From Oscillospiraceae bacterium (GTDB taxonomy: Bacteria; Bacillota; Clostridia; Oscillospirales; QAMX01): a stretch of 64,000 bases of DNA. This document shows, one piece after another, positions 17,414-25,481 of this stretch. Position 1 is the first letter of the stretch; every line of letters begins with the position of its first letter. The translations under genes and the position numbers were made by a program. The stretch spans positions 7,594-71,593 of the forward strand of contig SVMB01000003.1 of NCBI GenBank assembly GCA_015067675.1. Direction: 5' to 3'. The notes beneath the pieces are model-generated. The model made no database searches. It was not told where the DNA came from and saw only the letters and a list, made by a program, of their open reading frames with translations.

Positions 17414-19681
17414 TTACCGCTGCTCACTCAAATAGATCTGCACGCGGCTCTGGATCACCTTTGCCGTCTCCTCGGCGGATTTGGCACCTTCAAAGAAGGC
17501 GGAAGCATCTTCGGCGATGATGTTGAAGAGCTTTTCATCGTAGGACACCGCGCGCTTTGCATTCTCGATGACCTCCATGAATCCCGCCAGCTGCTCGTCA
17601 CTGATTGCGTACATATCAACACTCACGTCGTTCATACCCCAGCTCGAGCGGATGCACTCGTTGCCGTCCACGTCGTAGCTGACCGTCTGTGCTTCCCTGA
17701 TCTGCGCATCCAGTCCCTCCTGCAGCGAGGGGATGGAATGGATGTAGTGCATCTGCGGGTCTGCCGCCATTTTGAGCATATGGCGGATAAACTCCCAGGC
17801 ACCCGCCTGATTGGGCGAGCCTGCGGCGATGGCGTAGCTTTCGTTGGGCATCACAAGCGCCCCCTGAGAACCCGCCTCACCGGGGAATCCCGGCATGGTG
17901 AGGTCGCCCTCAAGGGCTTCATCGTAGAACTGGTAGCTGTCCACGTCGTGCAGGTATACATCATAGGTCAGCGCCATGCCCTCCATGACCTGCCGTACGC
18001 CGGAGGGTGTGTACTCGATCTCCTCGGGGAAGGATCTGACAAACTCAAGCAGTTTACAGAATTCAGGGTTATCGAAGCTGCAGGTACCATCGGCATCGTT
18101 GACAAACCGGTCGCGCATGATCATCGAGAAATACATCAGCGCCATTTCCCGATTAAGTTCGGTGATAGTGGTCTTGCCCGGATGGGCTGCAAAGGCGGCG
18201 TTCATCTCATCCATCGTCCAGCCGGTCACGTCGCCGATCAGGCTCTCGCGGCCAATCAGCGTAAACAGTTCAAACCCGGCGGGAATCTCATACAGCTTAC
18301 CGTCGGCGTACTCACAGGCGGACAGTACGCAGGACACAAAAGCCTCCCGGGACAGCTCTTCATCTGCGTCGATGAAGGGATAGAGGTCAGCGATGATGCC
18401 CTTGGCAATCCAGGTACCTTTGGAGCGGTCGCCCATGGAGAGGATATCCGGGACATTGCCCGCGATGATGTCGTTATTGATGTTGGTGACCGCCGCAGCG
18501 TAGTCCTGCGTCGCCGCCATGTAGTCGGTGATCTCCACGCGGTAGGTGGGATTTGACTTATTGAAATCGATGACCGCGGATTTGAGGAACTGGCTGACAC
18601 CCTGCGCCGTTGCCAGACGCAGCACGGTGCGCTCGGTCCCGGCGGGATCGGTGCGGTAAACGCGGATGAGCTCGAGATCCCAGGTGTCGTTATAGGCCAT
18701 GACCAGGAATTCTTCCTCCCCTACCGCGAGGATATTCTGGATATTCTCGGAGTTGACATCCAGCTCCAGCCAGTTGAGGATAGGCACCACTTCTTCCTTT
18801 TCGCCATCCCAGCCGTAGAGGTAGTCATCAGACAGATAGAAGTCATAGGCTCCCCGGCCTTCGGCGGCGTGGTTGTAGTTGAAACGCTCGGGCAGTTTGA
18901 GCGTCTCGCCGTAATCCTTCTTCTCCATGTCCACGGTACGAAGCTCCCAGCCGCCGTTGCCCATCATGTGGACGAGCAGGTTGCGCTCTTTGTCCAGCGA
19001 CAGGTCGCGGATCCACTCAGAGCCGCCGCCCTCGTTGAGGATGAAGAGCAGCTTCCCCTCGGGTGAAAAGATGTAGGCCGCGTCGGAGATTCCCATGGCG
19101 ATATTGCCCTGCGCGTCACAACAGAAAGTACCGCCTGAAAAGTAGTCTTCCTCGTCGATATACTGCGCAAGGTCGACGGTCAGCTTCTCGGTGCCATCGG
19201 GGGCATAGCGGCGCAGGTAGTGCTCGGAGGAGGAGGTATTGGTCTTTTCATCGTAGTGCCAGATGCTGTGCTGCAGCCAAAAATCGCCTTCAGGGCTGAC
19301 AGCAAGGCCCATGATCTGACCCTCCTGCGGCAGCTCAATGGGAAGGGTCTGGATATCGGAGCCGTCAGGGCTGACAGAAATCAGAACGGTTTCATGCATT
19401 TCCTCATCGGTGCCGGCGTTGTAAACTTTCCACGCGGGCATGATAATGCGCCCGTCGAGGATGGTCACGCCCGCGTTCAGACCTGTGTACTCATAGGTTT
19501 TATCAAGCTCCACAAAGCTTGCGGCGTAGACCTTGCCGTCCAGCGACGGAGGAATGACAACACCGCCGGAATTGGCGGCAGGCGTGGTGGCGCCGGTGCC
19601 GGAAGAGCCGGAGCATCCGGCGAAAAGGGTGCAGAACATCAGCGCTGCCATGAGCAGCGCGAAAATACGGATATGGGTCAT
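17414..19681 (-). CDS. Large extracellular solute-binding lipoprotein (beta-propeller-like N-terminus + ABC family-1 SBP domain)
   Basis: Lipobox FAG-C; DFNKSNPTYRVEITDY, GNVPDIL, AWEFIR, SAEETAKVIQSRVQIYLSE. Confidence 0.85.
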   Translation of the reverse strand: MTHIRIFALLMAALMFCTLFAGCSGSSGTGATTPAANSGGVVIPPSLDGKVYAASFVELDKTYEYTGLNAGVTILDGRIIMPAWKVYNAGTDEEMHETVLISVSPDGSDIQTLPIELPQEGQIMGLAVSPEGDFWLQHSIWHYDEKTNTSSSEHYLRRYAPDGTEKLTVDLAQYIDEEDYFSGGTFCCDAQGNIAMGISDAAYIFSPEGKLLFILNEGGGSEWIRDLSLDKERNLLVHMMGNGGWELRTVDMEKKDYGETLKLPERFNYNHAAEGRGAYDFYLSDDYLYGWDGEKEEVVPILNWLELDVNSENIQNILAVGEEEFLVMAYNDTWDLELIRVYRTDPAGTERTVLRLATAQGVSQFLKSAVIDFNKSNPTYRVEITDYMAATQDYAAAVTNINNDIIAGNVPDILSMGDRSKGTWIAKGIIADLYPFIDADEELSREAFVSCVLSACEYADGKLYEIPAGFELFTLIGRESLIGDVTGWTMDEMNAAFAAHPGKTTITELNREMALMYFSMIMRDRFVNDADGTCSFDNPEFCKLLEFVRSFPEEIEYTPSGVRQVMEGMALTYDVYLHDVDSYQFYDEALEGDLTMPGFPGEAGSQGALVMPNESYAIAAGSPNQAGAWEFIRHMLKMAADPQMHYIHSIPSLQEGLDAQIREAQTVSYDVDGNECIRSSWGMNDVSVDMYAISDEQLAGFMEVIENAKRAVSYDEKLFNIIAEDASAFFEGAKSAEETAKVIQSRVQIYLSEQR

Positions 19682-19742
19682 GTTGGTGCTCCTTTCTGTG
19701 ATGTATGGTGGGGGGAGAATTGCCGAAGGGCTGCATATCTCT

Positions 19743-19986
19743 GCGGGCGGTCATAAATGCCCGCCCGTACAATGGTGCAGATCGCATCCGAGGTACGCCG
19801 TACCCCTGAAAGGCATTATATTGACCCAGCCTCCCTCTTGGGCGATCGGTCAAGGTATTATTTGATGGAGATAAATTGAAAATCTCCGTGACAGCAGCTG
19901 AGAGCGATTGGGGAATCCTTATTCTTCGCGGCGCAGCTGTATCATTCTCTGCACCATTGTACGGGGCGGCATTTATGACGCCCCGC
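19743..19986. repeat. REP-like doublet: two inverted 39-bp hairpin-containing repeats around a 166-bp spacer
   Basis: 19743-19781 GCGGGCGGTCATAAATGCCCGCCCGTACAATGGTGCAGA vs reverse complement of 19948-19986; 35/39 identical. Confidence 0.8.
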
Positions 19987-20065
19987 CTGAGGCCGCTTTG
20001 CAATTTGCCCACTGCGTTGGGTAAAATCACCTTCTTCGGCGATACGCTCCCCCCAAAAAAGGTGC

Positions 20066-20100
20066 AAAAAGGGCGACGCTGCGTTCTCCGAGCGCCGCCC
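20066..20100 (-). terminator. Probable terminator of the two-component operon
   Basis: Minus GGGCGGCGCT...AGCGTCGCCC-TTTTT. Confidence 0.6.
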
Positions 20101-20114
20101 CGTGCAATATCTGT

Positions 20115-22526
20115 TCAGTTTTCGTCTGCCCGCGCAAAGCGCATGGTCACGCAGAACACGTCGCCGTCGATGTCGATGTCGAACTCACCGCCGCAGGCTT
20201 CCGTGAAGCTGCGGGCAATGGCAAGACCCAGCCCGGTACCGCCGTCAGTGCGGGACTCGTCTCCTCTGACGAAGCGCTCGGCGATCTGGGAGGCATCAAA
20301 GGTCATCTCCTCCGCCGCGATGTTCTTGATCTCAAACGTCACGCACTCCCCATCCTGCGTCAGCGTAATCCAGACGCGGGTACCCGGCATGGCGTACTTG
20401 ACGGCGTTGACCACCAGGTTTTCGATGACCCGGTAGAGCTTGGAGCCGTCAGCACGGATGTACACCGGCGCGTCTCCCAGCCTCACGCGGAAGGAAAGCC
20501 CGGACGCGGCGATGCGCTCGTCCAGCTCTGCCATGCTCTGGCGCACGTGGGCTGCAAAGTCGATGGTTTCCATATTCAGCGGGAGGTTGCCCGACTGAGC
20601 GCGGGAGACTTCGAAGAGGTCTTTGGTAAGCCGGTCAAGCCGGTCGGCCTTCTGGCAGATCACGTCCACGTATTCATCCGCAGGAGGATCCAGGGACAGG
20701 TCCCGCAGGAGCCGTGAGTAGGTGACAATCGAGGTCAGCGGGGTTTTCAGGTCGTGGGAGATGTTCGTGACCAGCTCCACCTTCATGCGTTCGGCCTTGA
20801 AGCTCTCCTCCACCGCCCGGTGAAAGCCCTCGCCGATGTGGTTGAGGTCATCCCCCAGCTCATGCAGCTCATGTTCCTCGGAAAATTCCAGCGTCGTCTC
20901 GATATCGCCGGCGCGGATGTCGCGGGCGGCGTCCATCACGTCGCCGATGCCCCGCACCATGTGCCGGTAACCCCGGTAGAACCAGATGCTTGAGACGACC
21001 ATCGCCGCCGAGATGAGCAGGATGAGGATGATCGGGCCGTTATAGTAGTAGCGCCCGGAGATTCCCAGCAGCCATGTCAGGAGAAGCAGCAGTCCGATGA
21101 TTCCGAGGAACACCCATGCCCGCACGGTCATCGCACGCTGGAAGGGATAGAGCCGCTCCAAGTCCCGGATGCCCTGCCCCAGCCGTCTCATGCCCCGGCG
21201 GAAAAGCCGCCACATTCCCGGCACGCAGGAATCGGGGAAGCCTGTGAACAGTTCCCAGAGCAAGATGCCGATGGCAATGGCCCCGCCGAAGATCAGGATC
21301 CAACAGATAAAGGAAGTCCCGCCGTAGTCGCTGTACCTTACACGAGTAAATGTCGCGAGCTCGCACCAGATGAGTACGATAAGTGCTATAAGCTTTACTT
21401 CCAGCCAGATATGATTCAGCACGAATCTCAGCTGCAGCGTGAATGTGTGCCGGTGCTTCCACAGGAGAATGGCCGGCACAAGCAGCACCACCAGTGCACC
21501 TGCGCCGATGGCCATCCAGACAAGCAACGAGCGCAGCTGATACCAACTGTTCATCGCATCGCCGATCTGCTGACTCCATAGGACTGACTGCATACTACCC
21601 AGCAGGTCATAATGACCGCCCATGAGCACGAGGTTAATCTCGGAGGCATTTGCATAGTGGCTGAGCTGGATGCCGGGGGAATAGACGGGCGTGCCGTCGT
21701 ACCATGCCTCGGTCTCGCCGTTCTGAATCACGTAGACATAGCGGTACTCATTCCGGAGGGATTCGGCCAGTGCCACAGCATCTTCGAAGTTCTCCACTCC
21801 GTAATCTGCCATGTTCGAGCCCACGAAGTCGGGATTGAGCAGATTGGCCGAGTAATACAGCGTTCCGGGTGATGATCCCATCCCCCGCATTGTATAGACG
21901 ATTTTCCCGCCGAAAGGGACGCTTTCCTCCGCATTTTCATCGGGAACAAGTTCAGGTGCGGGTACCACAACCGTGGTCGCAGTCGTCACCGCGGTCGCAG
22001 TCGTCACCGCGGTCGCAGTCGTCACCGCGGTCGCATTCATCGCCGTGGCCATTGTCGCCGCAGGATACGTGGTCGCCTGCCCGTGAGAGACAACGCCTGC
22101 CGCGATGCGAATCATCTCTTCCGGCGAAATATATTGTCCGTCTTCTGTAAACCAGTTGCCTTCCTCGTCCTGCCAGTACATCCCGACCCGGTCGATTTCA
22201 TCCTGTTCGGCAGTTGTCGTCTCAATGAACGGGAACTCCACATCACGGTATCCCCTGTCATTGATCCAGTTCTCATCTATGGCCGCCGCCACACCGATGA
22301 GATCGGCGATTGTATCGTTGATGCTTTCCCGATAGAGCTCGGTCTGATAGAAGTCATCCTTCACGTAATCCTGCCAGTCAAAGCGGTCGGTCAGGCCGAA
22401 GCTGACCACCAGCGCGACTCCATGCAGCGCCAGTGTCAGCACAAGCACCACGCAGAGAATGAAGCTCAGCCAGCTCACAAACGGCTTCACGCCGTTACTT
22501 TTCAATTCTTTCCAGTTTGTATCCAA
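20115..22526 (-). CDS. Membrane sensor histidine kinase
   Basis: Multi-TM, HAMP, H-box ISHDLKTPLT, ENLVVNAVKY, GGTGLGLAIA. Confidence 0.95.
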   Translation of the reverse strand: MDTNWKELKSNGVKPFVSWLSFILCVVLVLTLALHGVALVVSFGLTDRFDWQDYVKDDFYQTELYRESINDTIADLIGVAAAIDENWINDRGYRDVEFPFIETTTAEQDEIDRVGMYWQDEEGNWFTEDGQYISPEEMIRIAAGVVSHGQATTYPAATMATAMNATAVTTATAVTTATAVTTATTVVVPAPELVPDENAEESVPFGGKIVYTMRGMGSSPGTLYYSANLLNPDFVGSNMADYGVENFEDAVALAESLRNEYRYVYVIQNGETEAWYDGTPVYSPGIQLSHYANASEINLVLMGGHYDLLGSMQSVLWSQQIGDAMNSWYQLRSLLVWMAIGAGALVVLLVPAILLWKHRHTFTLQLRFVLNHIWLEVKLIALIVLIWCELATFTRVRYSDYGGTSFICWILIFGGAIAIGILLWELFTGFPDSCVPGMWRLFRRGMRRLGQGIRDLERLYPFQRAMTVRAWVFLGIIGLLLLLTWLLGISGRYYYNGPIILILLISAAMVVSSIWFYRGYRHMVRGIGDVMDAARDIRAGDIETTLEFSEEHELHELGDDLNHIGEGFHRAVEESFKAERMKVELVTNISHDLKTPLTSIVTYSRLLRDLSLDPPADEYVDVICQKADRLDRLTKDLFEVSRAQSGNLPLNMETIDFAAHVRQSMAELDERIAASGLSFRVRLGDAPVYIRADGSKLYRVIENLVVNAVKYAMPGTRVWITLTQDGECVTFEIKNIAAEEMTFDASQIAERFVRGDESRTDGGTGLGLAIARSFTEACGGEFDIDIDGDVFCVTMRFARADEN
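21975..22035. repeat. 18-bp in-frame tandem repeat (about 3.4 copies) encoding ATAVTT
   Basis: (GGTCGCAGTCGTCACCGC)x3 + GGTCGCA. Confidence 0.9.
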
Positions 22527-23199
22527 TTCCCCACACCACCTTCAAGTATCTCGGTTGACTCGGATTGATCTCAATCTTCTCGCGGATGCGCCGGATATGT
22601 ACCGCCACGGTGTTATCGCCGCCGACGGAGGGTTCCTGCCAGACTTTTGTATAAATTTCGTCGATACTCATGACCCGGCCGGGGTTTTTCATAAGCAGTT
22701 CGAGAATCTTATACTCAGTGGCAGTGAGTCTCACCTCGTCGCCGTCCACGCTGACCGTATGCGCGGCGGTATCCATCACGATGCCGCCGTTGACGAGCAC
22801 ATCGGGGCGTTTTTCCATGGAGCCCAGCTGCATATAGCGTCTGAGGGCTGCTCTGACGCGGGCGATGAGTTCCATGGGCGAGAAGGGCTTGGTAATGTAG
22901 TCATCCGCGCCGACATTGAGGCCGAGGATCTTGTCAGCGTCCTCGGATTTTGCGGAAACGAGGATAATCGGGATGTTTTTTTCCTCTCTGATCCGCAAAG
23001 TGGCGTCGATTCCGTCCATTTTGGGCATCATGATGTCCATCAGGATCAGCCGCACGTCGTGTTCCCGGGCAATATCCAGCGCCTGCAGGCCGTCATAGGC
23101 GCAAAGCACCTCATAGCCTTCCTGAGACAGGTAAATCTGGATACTCCTTACGATTTCGCGGTCGTCATCCACGACGAGAATCTTCACCGGCGCGTTCAT
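22495..23199 (-). CDS. OmpR/PhoB family response regulator
   Basis: ILVVDDD, LMDIMMPKMDG, GADDYITKPF, VWGIGYK. Confidence 0.96.
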   Translation of the reverse strand: MNAPVKILVVDDDREIVRSIQIYLSQEGYEVLCAYDGLQALDIAREHDVRLILMDIMMPKMDGIDATLRIREEKNIPIILVSAKSEDADKILGLNVGADDYITKPFSPMELIARVRAALRRYMQLGSMEKRPDVLVNGGIVMDTAAHTVSVDGDEVRLTATEYKILELLMKNPGRVMSIDEIYTKVWQEPSVGGDNTVAVHIRRIREKIEINPSQPRYLKVVWGIGYKLERIEK

Positions 23200-23303
23200 G
23201 GGTCATTACCTCCGCTTGATGATCTGAGTTCTGGTTTTAGTATAAAGGAAAAGGTTTAAGGGGAAAACAGGGGAAGTCTTAAGAAAGTATGAAGAAGAGG
23301 TTT

Positions 23304-23892
23304 AGCTCCCTCTGGATATAACTGTCAAGCCTCGGCGGCACCCCGTAGCACCGTGCTGTATGAAACTGTGCACCTTCGGCGCTTCCCCACAGCTCCCTCT
23401 GTCGGTAACTGTTAAGCCTCGGCGGCTTGAGCCTGTCATATGGATGGGGATCCATACGCCCTGTGCCCTTCGCGGGCACCCTCCGGTATTGGAACTCTGC
23501 GAGTTCCAATCTTTCATTGCTTGTGCAAGAAATGTCACTGAGGAACGCAAAGCGTTCCTCGAGAAGCACCCGAAGGGAAAACACCGGTTTTCCCTTTCGA
23601 AACCCATTCCAGAGACGACCATCGCCTATGAACTTCACTTAACCAGGTTAATGCCGATCACAGCACCGAGGCAGCCTATGTGCTGTGAGGGGAATTAACG
23701 TGGTTACAAGCGCTTCATAGGCGATATTCCGCCGAAATCTGGGCCGGGGACCGGGGCATGACGCGCTGCCGCGCGATCACGCCGTCTTGCAGGCCCCGGC
23801 GGCGCTCTTTGCCTACTTTCTCTCGACGCAGAGAGAAAGTAGGCGCGGGGTGCATGCGCAATGCACAGGGCGTACGGGTCCAGAACCCGTGA
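23304..23892. repeat. Composite multi-hairpin intergenic repeat (mosaic of modules shared with 27305..27499)
   Basis: Internal direct repeat 23304-23339/23391-23426; numerous hairpins; 33-nt and 29-nt near-exact matches to the 27.3-27.5 kb spacer. Confidence 0.8.
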
Positions 23893-23953
23893 TTCTCCCT
23901 CCGCCGGAGGCGCACTATCTTCCAGAACTTCTTAGCTGAGGCTCCCCAGCCTT

Positions 23954-25435
23954 TTACTCAAACGGATACATCCCCTCGGGAATGTGCTTCCAATCAAAGA
24001 GCCGGAGATTCGATGCACCCGCGCCGGGCGTGTCTGCAAAATAAACAGCCCCCGCAAATTGCCCGTAGGTCGCACGGAAGGAGGTGTTTGCCTTCACTAC
24101 CACCAGATCGTATACCTTCGGCTCGATTCCGAAGTGGCGTAAAAGCTCCGGATCACCCGAGGCGCAGGGCTCGTCGCAGACCAGGATATCCAGATTTCCA
24201 AAGGCGATCACAGCCGCCAGCCCCACGTCTTTGGGTGAGCCCCGTCGGCATTTGCCGTCGTGCAGCGAGCGCACGGTACCCACGGCCTTCAGCGGTCCGG
24301 GAAGCCCCGGCGTGTATCCGGCACCCACGGTGAACTCTGCGGCATTGCCGACACCTACGGCAAAGGCGTGGCGCACCGCCGCGGGATCCTTGATGAACAT
24401 GCAGGCAAGCAGGGTCGAGCCGCGCTCCAAAAGCCGCAAAGCTACCGCAGGACTGTCGCCCACCGCGCCGCCGTTGGTGGAGTCGGCAGCGTCAATGAGC
24501 AGCACGGGTTTACCCACAGCGCCGCCCTCACCGGCAGATACCGCCGCCTCGGCATGGTCGATCACCTCGTCGATGCTCACAAGCTCCGGCCAGCAGTCCT
24601 CCCGGATGCTCCACAGCGTCTCAGCCTGCTCTTCGGCGTATGCCTTCGCCGTTTCCGCATCCCCGGCAATCGCAATCACCGTGGAGCCCAGACAGTCGAT
24701 GTCCAGCCACGGCTGCACCGCAAATACCGAGCAGTCCAGAAGCGTGCCGTCGGCGATGAGCGCATCGCCCCGATCCATCAGACTCTTGAAGGGCTCTTCC
24801 AGCGTGGTGTAGCCCGCCGGGGGAATCATCATGGAAACCCGCACCGCCGCCATTTCCACCGGCTCTCCCGCAAGCTTTCTCATCAGCAGCGACGCTGCTC
24901 TCCGTCCCGTCTGCGCCTGATCCACGTGGGGATAGGTACGGTAGCCGCAGACGATGTCGGCGGATTCCAGCAGCCGTGGCGTGATGTTCGCGTGCAGGTC
25001 AAAGCTTGCCGCAATCGGAACGTCCTTTCCTACCAACGCACGCACGTGCGCCAGCAGTGCGCCGCAGGCATCGTCCTCGCTGACGGTACAGGTCGCGCCG
25101 TGCAGCGCGGCGTATACGCCGTCGATAGAACCGGAGGTGTTGACATAATACGTCAGTTTTTCCATCAGAAGCTGCAGCACCTCGTCGGCCACACGGCCGC
25201 CGGAGGAGTTGGAACGGATGAACGCGGCAGGGATCACCTCCCCGCCGGCATCCTCAACCGCCTGTGCCGCGTGAGCCGCCATGGTGCGCAGGAAATTGAC
25301 ACCGTTATCCGGATCGTAGGCAGCTTTGCCCTCGATAAGACTGGGCAGGAAGAGCTCTGCGGAGGCGGTAATGGGATTAAAGGTGTTTGATTCCTGATGA
25401 AATTCCAGAAAAAGGATGCGTTTTTTGTCGTTCAC
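23954..25435 (-). CDS. M81 family metallopeptidase (MlrC-like)
   Basis: FHQESNTF, ALHGA, DLHAN, YRTYPHVD, ADSTNGGAVGD; GTG start after GGAGG. Confidence 0.9.
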   Translation of the reverse strand: MNDKKRILFLEFHQESNTFNPITASAELFLPSLIEGKAAYDPDNGVNFLRTMAAHAAQAVEDAGGEVIPAAFIRSNSSGGRVADEVLQLLMEKLTYYVNTSGSIDGVYAALHGATCTVSEDDACGALLAHVRALVGKDVPIAASFDLHANITPRLLESADIVCGYRTYPHVDQAQTGRRAASLLMRKLAGEPVEMAAVRVSMMIPPAGYTTLEEPFKSLMDRGDALIADGTLLDCSVFAVQPWLDIDCLGSTVIAIAGDAETAKAYAEEQAETLWSIREDCWPELVSIDEVIDHAEAAVSAGEGGAVGKPVLLIDAADSTNGGAVGDSPAVALRLLERGSTLLACMFIKDPAAVRHAFAVGVGNAAEFTVGAGYTPGLPGPLKAVGTVRSLHDGKCRRGSPKDVGLAAVIAFGNLDILVCDEPCASGDPELLRHFGIEPKVYDLVVVKANTSFRATYGQFAGAVYFADTPGAGASNLRLFDWKHIPEGMYPFE

Positions 25436-25481
25436 AGCAAAAATCCTCCGAATTGTTTGATAAAACCGTGAAATCCCGGCC

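Noticed and set aside
23239-23295. Possible OmpR-type autoregulatory direct repeat upstream of the response regulator
   Set aside because: Repeat is too degenerate to support from sequence alone
23304-23426. 36-bp direct repeat pair resembling a mini CRISPR
   Set aside because: Only two imperfect copies, the 'spacer' itself recurs at 27.3 kb, and there are no cas genes
23279-23915. Short ORFs of 66-119 aa in the structured spacer, and those at 27227-27465 and 19503-20030
   Set aside because: No RBS or codon bias; the similarity between them reflects the non-coding repeat
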